Source: Epithemia pelagica
Taxonomy: Eukaryota > Protista > Bacillariophyta
Length of the DNA: 64,000 nt
NCBI GenBank assembly: GCA_946965045.2
Contig: OX337238.1
Coordinates: 1,798,001-1,862,000, forward strand
Direction: 5' to 3'
This document shows, piece after piece, positions 37,684 to 50,033 of this stretch. The notes beneath the pieces are model-generated. The model saw only the letters and a list, made by a program, of their open reading frames with translations, was not told the origin of the DNA and searched no databases. The translations under genes were made by a program, and so were the position numbers. Numbering within the stretch: position 1 is the first letter of the stretch; each line of letters begins with the position of its first letter.

Positions 37684-38707
37684 GTCATATCCCAGCTCGT
37701 GGCTTTAGGTGATGTGGATGCTCGTACGGAACACGCCCATTAATTAATTAGGGCTCCAGAGTTCCCAATACACAAAACGTATTGTCGTCTTTGCCATTCC
37801 ATTCATCAATAGTTTGGTCAAACTTTAACTACGTCAAGCGAAAAACTTCTTGGCGACGGTGGAGGAAGACAAAAGCTTTACCTACTCCTTCCATGGTAAT
37901 TCACCAACTAGACTCATACGACTCTTCTTCCTATCGACCAGTGTGCTTTTGCTGTCGTTGTAGTGTTTATCGTCGTCAGTAACGTCATTTTTGTCCATGG
38001 TTTTCAGACGGGGCCTTTCCGTCACGGTACGATCCACACAGTGGATTGGGCGACACGACCAAAACTACGTGATTTTGTATCTGCATCCACATGCCGTTGG
38101 ACCAATCCATGCAGCCACTCACACGAGTGTGTCCAGACATAAAATACATCTCATGCTTTGGATCTTTGTAAACGAAATCCTTTGGTGACTCGTTGTTTGG
38201 CACAAAATCGTAAATACCGACAGGAATTCTCGGTATTGTAGGTTGGAGGTTCGAGTCGTTCCACGAGGGGTGGAATTCTCATTGTGACACGTTCATACGG
38301 GGACCCATGGATTCCTCAGTTCCCGCTGCTTTTTCTGTTTTTCTCTGACGTCGGGTCGGTTTGATGCGGCGGACGACGACTCCATGGACTTTATATCCTG
38401 TGGACTGTCGATTCCAAGGAACGGCCGATCGCGAAAGAAGTCCAGGAAATGATGGACGAAATGGGGATTCCCCTTCAGATTTTCTGGTGAACCCTGTCGG
38501 ACGCACTAATGGAGACGATTGAGTCGCGGAAACCACATACTCGCACGCGAACGACAGAAACAAACGCCCGACGAGAGAATCTCATCGCTTGTCTCAATTG
38601 TCAACAATATCAAAACCGTGGCCCATATTGGAACATTACATGAGAAGAACAGTATCTCTCCAGAAGAGAGCGATACCAGTAGTGGAACAAGAAGAGCCGC
38701 AACGACC

Positions 38708-39769
38708 ATGAATCGGTGGGATCAGATCTTTGTATGGACCTTGCTGCTCGTCGTCGTCCCCATGGATGGCATTGCGGCATTCGTTTTGGATGTGGTGGTC
38801 AGACCGTCTCCTCGTAGTACCGACGTGCGGTCCGCAGCAACGAGTACGACAAGAATCGGTACGGCAGTCCGCTCCATGCCAGACGACACCGACATCGACA
38901 AGAACAACAAACCCCCACTCCTTCCCGTCCAAGTGGTGGACCAAATGCCCGAACCATTGCCAGCCAACTTGGCACACGAGTATTATTTGTTGCGGCATGG
39001 ACAATCTACAGCCAATGTGGCCTCCATCATTTCCTCCGATCGAGGTTTGGCCTATACGGAAAAACATGGTCTCACGTCCACGGGACAGGAACAAGGTCGA
39101 CAATCGGCCGGCAATTTGCTCGACTTGCTCCGTGAAACGGCTCATCCGGGCGACCGTGTCGTCTTTTGCTCGTCCCCCTTTGCCCGGGCGCGTCAAACGG
39201 CCCAAGCTTGCATGAAGGAATTGCTGTCGTTGCAAAACCAAGGAACGTTGGAGTTGGACCTGGACATTGCCACTCAACTCGTGTACAAGGATGGATTGGT
39301 GGAACGGTACTTTGGTCGATTGGATGGGGAAGCGATTTATACCTATGCCTATGTATGGCCCTTGGACAAGATGAATGTGACACACACCACCTTTGATGTC
39401 GAATCGGTTGCCGCCGTTTGTACTCGCATTCGGGACACGGTCTTGGCCTTGGAAGACGAAATTCCTTCTTCCCTCAACAAAGACGACGACACCACCACCA
39501 AAACTCATGTCGTCTTGGTCTCGCATGCCGATACCTTGCAGATTGCCAAACTCTATGCCGCCCAAGCCGCCAATGTGGGAGAATTTTCCTCGTATCGATT
39601 CCAAAATGGTGAAGTCCGACGCATGATTGTCGGATCCACCCATCATTTCCCCGACGCTGTGCCGTTGCAAGGACCGAAACGATGTACCAAAGAAAAACTC
39701 AAAGAGTTGGACCAATCTCCCGTGTCGTTTGGACAACAACAACAACAACAACAAGAACAACAAGCATAG
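38708..39769 (+). CDS. Histidine phosphatase / phosphoglycerate mutase family protein, probably plastid-targeted
   Basis: LLRHGQSTAN, SSPFARARQT, GLVERYFG and VLVSHAD. Signal peptide followed by IAA-FV, an ASAFAP-like cleavage site. Confidence 0.85.
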   Translation: MNRWDQIFVWTLLLVVVPMDGIAAFVLDVVVRPSPRSTDVRSAATSTTRIGTAVRSMPDDTDIDKNNKPPLLPVQVVDQMPEPLPANLAHEYYLLRHGQSTANVASIISSDRGLAYTEKHGLTSTGQEQGRQSAGNLLDLLRETAHPGDRVVFCSSPFARARQTAQACMKELLSLQNQGTLELDLDIATQLVYKDGLVERYFGRLDGEAIYTYAYVWPLDKMNVTHTTFDVESVAAVCTRIRDTVLALEDEIPSSLNKDDDTTTKTHVVLVSHADTLQIAKLYAAQAANVGEFSSYRFQNGEVRRMIVGSTHHFPDAVPLQGPKRCTKEKLKELDQSPVSFGQQQQQQQEQQA

Positions 39770-40268
39770 AGACGCTGGACACGGCAAACCTTGTGATGGT
39801 TGCTGAATATCACAACTTGGGCAACTATGGACCGTCTTTTCCCTGATTCCTGGAGATGAATAGTAAAAGTCCAGCAACTTCCGGTAATGGACTAAAAACG
39901 GGAATATCTCGTTTGAGCTCTGCTTTAGTTTCAGTTTGATTAGGAAGGGTGTATTGTTCTACCACTGTGAAATGTATGCTGACAAAGTATGAAAAAGATG
40001 CACGGCGGGACACAGGACACAGAAGTGCATGTATGGTGAAAAAATCATCAAATGATACAGCCAAAATATTAGAAAGGACGGAAAGAACTCCGACACGCAC
40101 GGTGGGACCGAGCTTTTAGTGAAGACTCTATGTTGAACGAACGTATGGCTATGGCATGGCTGCAGCGTTTGTCTAACTCAGTTCTTCGTTTTCTCCGACA
40201 GAACCTACGTTTGTCTTAGCTTTCTTTTTGTCTGGAGACGCGGGGGGCCTGGCGGCTTTCTTCGGAGA

Positions 40269-42034
40269 TTACAAACCCAAAATAGTCCTGTCCTGCAAGC
40301 CTACCTTAAACTGCGCCTGCTCCAGAATCTTGATGCTGTCCTGCAAGGACTCACTTTGGGAGCAAGCAATTATGGCCCCCTTCCAGATACTGGAGTTTTC
40401 CTCTTTGCAAGTGAACAGATTCATGACCCCGGCTAATGCTACAATGTCATGCTTCGTTTTTTTCTTGAGCAGACTAATGGCTCGGCCGCCATCGTTCGCG
40501 TCAATTGCCTTCTGAACATCTGGATGACGCTTTCCATCCACCGTGAGCGCCTGGAGGCCATTGGGGTAAAACTCTTGATGAACAAAATCACAATCAATGA
40601 TGTATCCCTTGCCGTCGCTGCACAAAAGATTCGCCAGCCGGATATCGCCGTGAGTCATGCCACCGGAGTGAAGAGCCAGCATCTTATTCATAATGTCAAT
40701 AAAAGCGCCAGTCGGTACATCGAGCCACATGCAAGGCCGATAAATCATGTCCATGATGATCACTTCATTATCTTCGCTTTCCCAAATCTTCGCACTTGGA
40801 TCATCCAACATGCATTGGAGCGTATGCAAGTTGGGGTGGCGGTATTGTGCATTGTCGTAAACCTTGAAAACTCTATCTCCGTGCCGGGCAACGACTGGGC
40901 CCAAGCGCTGCTCGTCGTTGATTTCATCGTCTTGCCATCCTTGGGCTGCATTGCGCAACCCGTTAGCTACCTTGAGTAGAGCCTCCATGCCTTGCCCGTT
41001 GTACATTCTCGAACACTCGAACCTGGGAGACCCATCCCTCGGATTGCCAAAGTAAGCCATCGCAGTGATATCCCAATTCGCAACATCGTTCCCACCAGCA
41101 ATGTCAAGGCCAATGCAGGGTCTTTGATGCAAAGAAATAGTGTTTGTGGCGTACATGTCACGCTGAGCAGTACGAGCTTCAGGTTCTCTGTTGTCCGGCT
41201 TGTATTCGACTGTTGTGACAACCTTCATCTTTCCTTCCGAAACGAGGCTCACGATGACATCGACCTTGTATTCAACAGCGGCCTTCTTCTTCTTACTGCC
41301 CTTCTCGTCGACTTGAATAAGACTTGCGGGATCAACCTCTTGCTTAATGTCGCCTTGATGACCGACGAAAAGAAGGTCATCATTGCAGTCTAATTCCATA
41401 TCTTTTCCACGGAGGCCGCAGCAGACGCAGGTTCCTTGGAATGACAGGCCGTTGAATCTTGTTCGTCCTCTGTGACGCCGTCTGGATCAATCACATTCTC
41501 CCACGCATCGAGAGCCATCGCAAGGAGCTGACTGGCAACAAAAGATTGAGGACTTTCAAGGTCGCTCTCCTCCTTGGTCAAAAAAGATGTGTCATCCCTA
41601 CGTTTTAAAGCCTCTACCAGCACATGAGCCCTGCTCTTGAAAACTTTCGTTGCTTCTTCAAATTTTGCTTCGTGAGTTTTTCGTGCTCCTTTGACGAAGC
41701 GAACGAAGAATCTGTGCGCAACGAACCCCCCACGAACTGGATTTTGTCCTAGATGCTCGTGGTAGAACTCGTCTCGTGCGTCTTTGTCTTTTGCCGCTTT
41801 CGAAACAGAGGCGACAAAACCCAGAGGAAGAGGTACTTGCTCCCCTGGCTGGACCCTTTGCGCGGCTACCTGTCGTCGGAGATCAGCAATCAATGCTTGG
41901 TATAAATCGAAGTAACACTTTAAGGCTTCAGCATCAGAATCAAAAGCGAGCAGCTTCGCTTCGTTCTGCGTAATTACATCTTCATTCAGTTCTGCACCGA
42001 TTTTACGCAGCGCCTCTTGCACCGAAACTCGCAT
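40269..42034 (-). pseudogene. Divergent protein-kinase-like gene split by a frame change near 41400
   Basis: ORFs 41390-42034 and 40269-41399 overlap by 10 nt (GAA AAG AT ATG GAA). The downstream ORF has the catalytic loop HGDIRLANLL and IIDCDF. Confidence 0.55.
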
Positions 42035-42647
42035 ACTGTGTCAATATGGAAAGGTCTCATTGCCGCATGTTGTGGAAGTTCTTATTCTCGCTATGGTGCC
42101 AAACGACGCCTCGAGTACGAACTTTAGGCTCAGTTCGTGGAGCTATCAGGTAGCAAGGCTATGGACAAGGGTAGCTTTCTCCGTTGCGCGAGCCTGCTCG
42201 CTTGCGCGTGCGCCTGTCTAGCGAAACCCTGACTTTTGAATTTTCTAGAAGAACCAAGACTGCGCAGACACCGACCGACACCGGCCCGCAAAGATGATGA
42301 ATGGAAGCGAAGCGCCAGCAAAACAAGAGATCAATTATCAATTTGCATCGGGAGGCCACCACCTTTTCTCCGGGAAACGAGATCGTGCTTCTTCTTGTGG
42401 TACCAAGTACCAAGTACCAACCATCCACGAAGGGAACAGCGAGGGACAGAGTCGTTGGAAATAAAGTCTTGCATCCATCGATCGGCTGATAAACACAAGG
42501 GTGTCAACATCGACGCCTGTTGGGATACTGTTTGCGGTCTCTGTTCTTTGTCCTGGTGTCCCACACTCCGAACTCGTTGTTGAAGAATCAACTTGGTTTG
42601 AATGATTCCACCAACAAGATACGACAACAACTTGTGGTAACCTTGTC

Positions 42648-45437
42648 ATGACCTCGTCGTCGTCTACGTCTCTCACGGTGCGGACGACCGTGACACCACA
42701 TCCATCCTCCTCCGCTTCATCGCCACCACCCCAGGTGCGTCATGCTGGTCGCGCTCATGTCCGTGGAAAATATCGGCGTGTGTGGAGACCTCGGTATTTG
42801 GAATTGTTGGATCAAGGCATTGTTCGATATTACGAATTCCCATCCACTTCTTCGGGACAACAACAACACAGTCCAACCAATGGTGGCGGCACGGTCGAAG
42901 ATTCCTGGCAGTACATGAGCCACAACCTTCCTCATCATTCTGGTGAATATCATGACATGCTTCCGCCGTTGTTGCCTTCGGACGAATGGATTCCCAAATA
43001 TACCTTGCAAATTTCGCATGCTCGTATTTTGGATGTGACCACCTTGCGCGATATGCACGTGGGCTTGCCTCGTGGTTCGTTTGGATTTATTTTTCGGGGA
43101 CAACGATTGAAACGATCACCACAATCCGCTGCGGCGGCGGCGGATGTGGAAGCCTTGCCACTGGAATTACCGGAACCGCGTGATTTTTTGTGTGCCGTGA
43201 GTACCTTGGAAGATGCACAAATGTGGGTCGTGGCCTTGCAATGGGCCGCCTCGGAACGCCATGTCGTCGAATCGGTTTCGGAATTGGAAACCTTGCAACA
43301 TCCTCCTCCTCCACCACCATCATCCACAAAACAGGATGAACCCGATGCGTCGTCCTCGCAATTGTCGACGAGTCACAGCAACAGTATGCTCTCCACGGCA
43401 GAAACGACGGGTGGATTTGTCAATATTTCCTCGCCGCAATCCGTGACCAGTGGTACATCCCCTGCACCGTCCACGGCAATCACGACACAACAACAACAAC
43501 AAGAACGCTCTACGGCACCTCGAGGAGGCAAAATGGTCGTCACCAAGGTAACAACGGTCCGTACCGTGCGGGTGTCGACCCTGCAATGGGAGATTGCCTA
43601 TGAGATTCACAGTTTGTTCGTGTCGGCCACCACTCTCTCCCATCATCCAGGACGTCGGGCCGAACATTGGACGACCTTGCGGACCGCACGAGATTTGTGG
43701 CATTTGATTCACGCCTTGCATCGCGAAGTTGTTGTGGCTCATTCCACAGCTTCCAACGATGTCCTCCGGTGTTGGCAACAACCCATTCAAGATTTGCCAC
43801 GGTTGGCCCATCAACCATTCTTGTTGTCCTATGCCTCCTTTCAAGAAACACTGCGCAATTCCATTCCTGTGGTGGACGGGATTTTGCGATCGCTCGTGAC
43901 GGATGCCATTATGGTACGAACCAATGCCATGAAAACCTTTTTGGGGTTGTTGTCACCCACAACGGGTATGCGGCAGCCTCGAACCTTACTCCAACGACTG
44001 TTGGAACGGCACAATGGACAGGCGATTGTGGAACGACGGATTGAAACCATACCCGAGCAATCGACCGCCGATGCACACGTCAAACAGTGGCTGCAAACCC
44101 CGACGATCGCGACGCGGCAGCCTTTGAAACCGACGACCCAATCATCCTCCTCGCTTTCGTCCTCCGATTCCTATGCGGCCTTTGTCTTGCAACGGCCCTT
44201 GACCGTCTTGGGTGGAGTTGGAGTATCGTCCGTGGCGGCCTTGTGGCCTCTGTGCAAATGGGCCTTTTCCTTGTATGGACGGTGGATGCCCACCTTGTCC
44301 CTGCGTGCCGATGCCTTGGTCATGTCGTGGATTGGAGCCGCCTATTTGGGCTATCAATACCATCAACAACAACACCCACAGGATTCGACGACAGGAATAA
44401 TAACAACAAGTCCGAGACCTGCCGCAACGAGACCAACATTGGGCAAATCCTTGGAATCCAACAAACGTTCCAAGAAAGCTGAGCGACCGTCTCAGGGGGC
44501 AAGTGACGACGACGACCAGGCGAACGAGGATGAACAAGGCCTGGAAGTCGTTCCAGCAGCAGACGACGACGACGACGAGGATGGTGTGATTGCCAAAGAT
44601 GTCGATGATGAATCATCGGATGGAGAAACTGCGGCACCATTGCCCATTTCTCCCTCGTCCGTCGGAAACATGGATGATAGTGGCACATTGTCGTCGCCCT
44701 TGCCGAAATATCCAGACAATCATGGCAAAACCTGTTGGAGTCAACCCGTGCACAACATTTTCCATGTACGCAGTGTCACCTACCTCAAAGATAAGGTCAA
44801 GGAACCCTCGGGGCCGGCACCCCTCAAGTGCCGCGGTGTCGATGTATGGATGACGGACAATCCGGAACGATACATTGCCCGGCATCCCTCAGTGTTGGGA
44901 GGAAAGTTGGGGGAGGAAGATACCTTTCTGGTCAATTTCCTCTTGCCCTTTGGCAATTTTATTGCCTACTTTAGCATTCCACCATTGAATCAATTTCCTC
45001 CCAAGCTACAGACAGTGTGGACCAAATTTCTGGAAGGAGATCAGGAGTACCGTGATGCCAGGCTCAAGTTACTTCCCGTCGTCGCAGAAGGACCATGGAT
45101 TGTCAAGGCGGCTGTGGGCCCTGGCAAGTCTCCGGCCGTGCTCGGAAAGGTCATTCCTCTCCAATACTTTTTTCGCCACCCGGAAAAAGACAAGAAGGGA
45201 GTGTATGAAGTGGATGTGATTATTACGGCCAGTAGTATTGCCAAGGGAATTCTCAGTGTCGTCAAGGGACATACCAAGACTGTGAGTCTGGCCTTTGCCT
45301 TCATCATTGAGGCTGCCGAACAAGAGGAATTGCCGGAAACGGTACTTTGCAGTTGTCAAGTGCATTCGCTGCATCTGGAACAATGCCCCATATTACCACC
45401 TTACAATCTGGATGCCACGACCGACGAAGAGGACTGA
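42648..45437 (+). CDS. PH-domain protein with EDR2 C-terminal (DUF1336-like) domain
   Basis: N-terminal PH-like GKYRRVWRPRYLEL...AQMWVVALQWAA. C-terminal FHVRSVTYLKDKVKEPS, FLVNFLLP, RLKLLPVVAEGPWIVKAAVG and YEVDVII. Confidence 0.85.
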   Translation: MTSSSSTSLTVRTTVTPHPSSSASSPPPQVRHAGRAHVRGKYRRVWRPRYLELLDQGIVRYYEFPSTSSGQQQHSPTNGGGTVEDSWQYMSHNLPHHSGEYHDMLPPLLPSDEWIPKYTLQISHARILDVTTLRDMHVGLPRGSFGFIFRGQRLKRSPQSAAAAADVEALPLELPEPRDFLCAVSTLEDAQMWVVALQWAASERHVVESVSELETLQHPPPPPPSSTKQDEPDASSSQLSTSHSNSMLSTAETTGGFVNISSPQSVTSGTSPAPSTAITTQQQQQERSTAPRGGKMVVTKVTTVRTVRVSTLQWEIAYEIHSLFVSATTLSHHPGRRAEHWTTLRTARDLWHLIHALHREVVVAHSTASNDVLRCWQQPIQDLPRLAHQPFLLSYASFQETLRNSIPVVDGILRSLVTDAIMVRTNAMKTFLGLLSPTTGMRQPRTLLQRLLERHNGQAIVERRIETIPEQSTADAHVKQWLQTPTIATRQPLKPTTQSSSSLSSSDSYAAFVLQRPLTVLGGVGVSSVAALWPLCKWAFSLYGRWMPTLSLRADALVMSWIGAAYLGYQYHQQQHPQDSTTGIITTSPRPAATRPTLGKSLESNKRSKKAERPSQGASDDDDQANEDEQGLEVVPAADDDDDEDGVIAKDVDDESSDGETAAPLPISPSSVGNMDDSGTLSSPLPKYPDNHGKTCWSQPVHNIFHVRSVTYLKDKVKEPSGPAPLKCRGVDVWMTDNPERYIARHPSVLGGKLGEEDTFLVNFLLPFGNFIAYFSIPPLNQFPPKLQTVWTKFLEGDQEYRDARLKLLPVVAEGPWIVKAAVGPGKSPAVLGKVIPLQYFFRHPEKDKKGVYEVDVIITASSIAKGILSVVKGHTKTVSLAFAFIIEAAEQEELPETVLCSCQVHSLHLEQCPILPPYNLDATTDEED

Positions 45438-45918
45438 TTGGTTTCCTCGCGTTGGCAAAACATGTACTAGTGGAAAACGCAATCAGGAAGATAACTTACT
45501 TAGCGCTATGGTTGAATCACTGTAGTATCGACGTCAACAGATTGTGGACAGATGTTGCATGGTATCCGTAATCCGTACCCTTTCATTTCATTGCCGATTG
45601 GACATGGGTCTCGTTAACTTGCACAACATATGAGAGAATGGGTATGTGACGGCAAGGCACGCTGACTACACTATGTAGAAAATTTGTCGCATTCATATTG
45701 TACAACGCGGACCGATGCGATTTTGTCGCGCGCACGCATAGTTGCCGCTCATCTTTTCTCACGGATGGAAGGCATTCGTTCACGAGTTTCACGAGTTTCT
45801 CGGGAGGTGATTGGAAGTTGGAAGATTGAAAGTGTTTGCAGCAAAACGATCCAGCTTTCTACCTCTTCCAAAAATCGATGTGAGCAGGAATAGAAAGGTG
45901 AAAGTTGGATATTCGATA

Positions 45919-46641
45919 ATGCAACCGCTCAATGTTGAAACTCTGGTCTATAGTGTTCTCGACCTCATATTTTGTTCCCTGCTATGGTTTGGTCTCGTGG
46001 TGCTTTGGACAGGGGTTTATGATCAAGGGAAATGCTGGTTCGTCAAAACTTTTCCTGATCTTTCGAGTAGCACCTGGGAGCAGGCATGGGGGAAAATGAT
46101 TCAGTCGTTTTGTAGGCCTTCCGAGAAGTGGACTGAATGGATCATCTCCATGATTACAGTGAATGAGCCGCCCAGGGAAACTCACCATCTACCATTCCAG
46201 AAAGAACTTTCAAGCTTTGATGGAGGAGGAAGACGAGTGTCCTTTATGGAGCATTCAGACCGATCCGTTCGACAAACTATGTTTGTTTATGATGCCAAGT
46301 CCGAGACCAAAAATATGTCCAAGGTCTCGACCATTAACTCGGAAACACCAACGCAAGATGCGCTTGAGAAGCGAAATGTGATTTCTAAGAAAACCCCTCG
46401 TGTCCGTGTTGTCCAGAAAACACTCTTCAGCAGTTCCCATGAATTCGATGAGAACAAAACTCAAGTGATTCGACCTCGCACCGAACCGTCGATTGCTATG
46501 AAGGCAGCCCAGTCTCCCATTCCTATGGAATTGACACCCACGGCTTCTCAACTAAAGCAAAAGAGCAACAGCTACTATACACCTTCACTGTTTTCACCAC
46601 TTCGAAACCCCTTCCGTCAACTTTCGTCCAACCGCAAGTAG
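45919..46641 (+). CDS. Hypothetical protein with N-terminal hydrophobic segment
   Basis: Long single ORF with a hydrophobic N-terminus and an S/T/P-rich tail; no family recognised. Confidence 0.5.
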   Translation: MQPLNVETLVYSVLDLIFCSLLWFGLVVLWTGVYDQGKCWFVKTFPDLSSSTWEQAWGKMIQSFCRPSEKWTEWIISMITVNEPPRETHHLPFQKELSSFDGGGRRVSFMEHSDRSVRQTMFVYDAKSETKNMSKVSTINSETPTQDALEKRNVISKKTPRVRVVQKTLFSSSHEFDENKTQVIRPRTEPSIAMKAAQSPIPMELTPTASQLKQKSNSYYTPSLFSPLRNPFRQLSSNRK

Positions 46642-46668
46642 CTTATTTCAATACAGTAAGCAGCGCAA

Positions 46669-47612
46669 TTAATTACACACATAGTTATGCTGCGATAGAA
46701 TAAGTGCCACGATCAATCCGTACAGCGCTAAGGCTTCGGAAAAGATGAGCATGATCAGCATGCCTACGTAGAGTTTGTTGGCACCTTCCGCTGCGCTGGC
46801 ACTGCCAGCCATTGTTCCGGCTCCAGCCGTATCGTCGCCATCTCCACCGGAAGCGGCCGCGTCCCAAAACCATTTACGACCATTTTCTGCCTTGACACCA
46901 AATGCTCGGACACCTGCATCGCCCAAAATTCCAATTGTTCCACCAGCAGCTAGACATGACAAGCCGCAACATAAACCTGCCGCAAGCTGAAATTGCGATC
47001 GTCGTTGTTGTGATTTTTTCAAACATCGGGAGAAGGAGGAAAAAACCATCAGCCACCATGAAGCGTAAAACAATAAATGTGCATTCCCATTCTGTATGTT
47101 TGCGCGAGATGCCAACTGAAACTTACGTGTGTGTATGCATTGAATACCGAGTAACTGTTTGAGTGATCTGACTGGCTTGGAGGAACCACCGATTGGGTGA
47201 TGATGACCGAAACAATGAGTCCATAAATTCCGAGCACTCCTGCCATTACAATAGGAACAATATTCTTGATGATTCCAGCTGGGTGATCAATACCCATGTG
47301 GCACACACCAAGACCTGCTCGCCATGTACCCCAGGCCGAACCCCAGGAGGAAAGCACCATACAAGCAGAGGCTCCCATGTAACCGCTATCGTTCATTCGA
47401 AGTGATTCAGAGTCAAATGGTCCATTTGAACAAAAAGTGAAAACAGAAAAAGATATATGGTAAGATGAGATAAGTCAGAGTGCGTGGGGAGCGTCACGTT
47501 CACAAGCACGCTTATTCCGTTGGGGGAAAGATGCGTATCCTGCCAGGATCCAAACTTACAAGGCGGGGGCCCAAGACGGACATCCATCGAAACCTCTTGT
47601 AATCTCTGTCAT
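46669..47612 (-). CDS. V-type H+-ATPase proteolipid subunit c-like (exons 47612-47560, 47385-47127, 46986-46669)
   Basis: Spliced [22 protein letters not shown]..., [16 protein letters not shown] and [22 protein letters not shown], including the proton-binding Glu. Confidence 0.9.
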
Positions 47613-47997
47613 TGTCTCTTCAATGTTATGAAAGGAGTCGGGTCAGATTGGAAAGGTAAGTGGATCGTTATGGCCACAAGAGCAGGTAATTGATGAAGAG
47701 GTGGAGTTTTTGCTCCCAATGCACATGAATGTCGTTTGAGACATAATTTCATACTGAAAACGTAATACTCGAGAACACCCGAACGATCGATCGTAAAATT
47801 TTCATCCAACGCGTTGGTGGTTACAGTCATCAATATCTTTCTTTCGTGGTTTCTGATCCGCCAGAGTGTACGGATGAACAAAAATGGGCATCTCAACAAC
47901 ACACCACCGATAACCCCAACAATAGCATCGTTGCATACATCTGCCAGGTCCAGAGGGCTCTTCAAATTGTACTACTTTATCGCATCTTATATCAATA
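47613..47997. promoter_or_regulatory. Putative bidirectional promoter between the two V-ATPase c genes
   Basis: 385 bp separate the two divergent start codons; inferred from geometry only. Confidence 0.5.
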
Positions 47998-48800
47998 ATG
48001 GTTGACTTTCCAGGTGGCACGGAAGAAGTTGCACAATGTCCTTCATATGCCGCGGCTCTCGGATACGCTGGTGTTGCGGCCGCCGTATGCTTGTCTAACT
48101 GGGGCTCAGCGGTAGGTTGGACTTTGACTACGTTGACTGAAGGAACACTCATTCTTGTCGGACTCTTCTCACACTGTGCCAACCGTTGTGCTTCACTGGC
48201 TGAATCGATTTGTTGCCGTTGTCATTCCCGATCTTTCCTTCCCATTCATCTATCTCTGTGTATATAAATTTTGTGGGAATTCAGATTGGCACTTGGAAGA
48301 GTGGACTGTCAATTGTTCATACTGGAATCCGCCATCCGGGATCTGTAATGAAAAATGTAATCCCAATTGTCATGGCTGGTGTTATTGGTATTTATGGCCT
48401 TATCGTCGGTGTCATTTTGGCTCAGTCGATCAATACTCCAACAAACGATCGCAACAATGCGTATTCTACCTACACGGGCTTGGCCCATTTGTGTGCTGGT
48501 CTATGTACAGGTATCTCTGGCCTTGCTGCTGGCCTATGTATTGGAATCGTTGGAGATTATGGTATTCGGGCTGTTGGGTACCGTGCCTCACAAATCACTC
48601 TTTTCCCAAACGAAAGAGAGGCCGCTGGATACTCGAACATCCCTGATCAGGACGAAGGTGGTGATGACGTTAGCGGGTCAGACGACCAAAACAAGCTCTT
48701 TGTCGGGATGCTGATTATGCTCATTTTCAGTGAAGCTCTGGCTCTTTACGGGATGATTGTGGCTCTCATCGTATCACAGCACTCCTACTCATGTCTATAA
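47998..48800 (+). CDS. V-type H+-ATPase proteolipid subunit c-like (exons 47998-48111, 48285-48800)
   Basis: CPSYAAALGYAG, VIPIVMAGVIGIYGLI and [25 protein letters not shown]. Confidence 0.92.
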
Positions 48801-49080
48801 AAATAAATATATATCACACAACGAAAGGGCCCTGGTCAGAGCAATTCTGGCATCAGCATGGAAAAGAACGCTTGGAAGAGAGCGAGTTCACAGTGTGTGT
48901 GGTTGGGATAACTACGAGGAAGGACTGGTGATCGGTTTTTTGGAAGTTCCAATGTGCTCTTAAGGGCCTTACTTCCAACTTATCCTCGTGTTTAACCCTA
49001 CAACTTAAAATTATGTTGACAAAGGACATGTTAACTAGCTTGTAACGTGTCGTCTCTTGACAATCGTCTCGACTTTAGAA

Positions 49081-49822
49081 TCAACTTCGTTGTCGAAGTT
49101 GGCTTGGAGGAGCAGGGATCACTTCCCAGCTGTTGGAAATTTTGTCAAGAACTGTCTGTTGCGACTGAAACCTTTGCCGTGTTGTTCCTGTCACTAACAT
49201 CACTAGCGCTGCCGCGGAAGACGACGCAACTCGACGCATGGCAACCAAGAGTACTCGTTCGCTCTCTCGTAGTCCAGGCGTCAATGTAGTGAACGAAACT
49301 TGATACGTTCCAAGATCGTCGCTGGATACTCCATCTCTCGATGGTTGTCGCCCAGGATCCCCTTTCGCATCTTTCCATCGTTTCACTTTGATATCTGTCG
49401 GCGCTCCGTACGCCCCAAACTTGCCTTGTTGTGCAAGAACTGAATTCAACATGATTTCTTTTACTTCGTTGCGTGACAAACTACGAGATACTGTGGAAGC
49501 TCTGCCTTCATCCTTCGTTGTGGTTTCAACCAGTTGAAGCTTCTTTACAAAATCATCAGTCACCACGTGAACGTAGGTGGACTCGGGCTGCGTCAAATCG
49601 CGAGCTTCCAGGCCGGCAGCAGCGCTGGAGAGCGGCTGAGCCGGGGGTACATAAAACGAAACCAGTATCGGCAGTTGATTGAGAACGACAATTTCCGCCT
49701 GAACCAAACCTGTTTTTGTGTCTTGTGATACACCCTTATCATCAGAAGCTGAGTTGAAGAACACGACACCAGTTTCCGGCTTTGTCTTTCCCAGGCCACC
49801 AACTCCACCCTCAAAGGCATCC
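49081..49822 (-). pseudogene. 3' part (mature domain) of a PsbP-like thylakoid lumen protein gene, interrupted by the Copia insertion
   Basis: Reads DAFEGGVGGLGKTKPETGVVF..., YQVSFTTLTPGLRESER and LVMLVTGTTRQRF. It joins in frame to 55906-56218 once the element and one TSD copy are removed. Confidence 0.75.
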
Positions 49823-50033
49823 TGTTAAAACCTATTAACAACTGTGCTGTAAAGGCAACAATCGATTACAAGTTACGTATTCTCCTTAGAATGAGCTCTC
49901 TGGCTCTTTTTCTTCGATTGCTTGCCACGTCGTTCAGCTTCCACCCATTCGACTCCATCTGGTGCTCCAGGCGACGTATCCTTGGTCGCAGTTGCATCCG
50001 CCTCCGCGACCGATGACGGGACATCCTTCAACA
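49823..50033 (-). repeat. 3' LTR of Copia element 1
   Basis: Direct repeat of 55695-55905. Confidence 0.97.

Noticed and set aside
38636-39877. 413-aa antisense ORF (and similar long antisense ORFs at 4203-4787, 25440-26267, 23322-24056)
   Set aside because: These are shadows of real genes on the opposite strand or in another frame, with no recognisable motifs.
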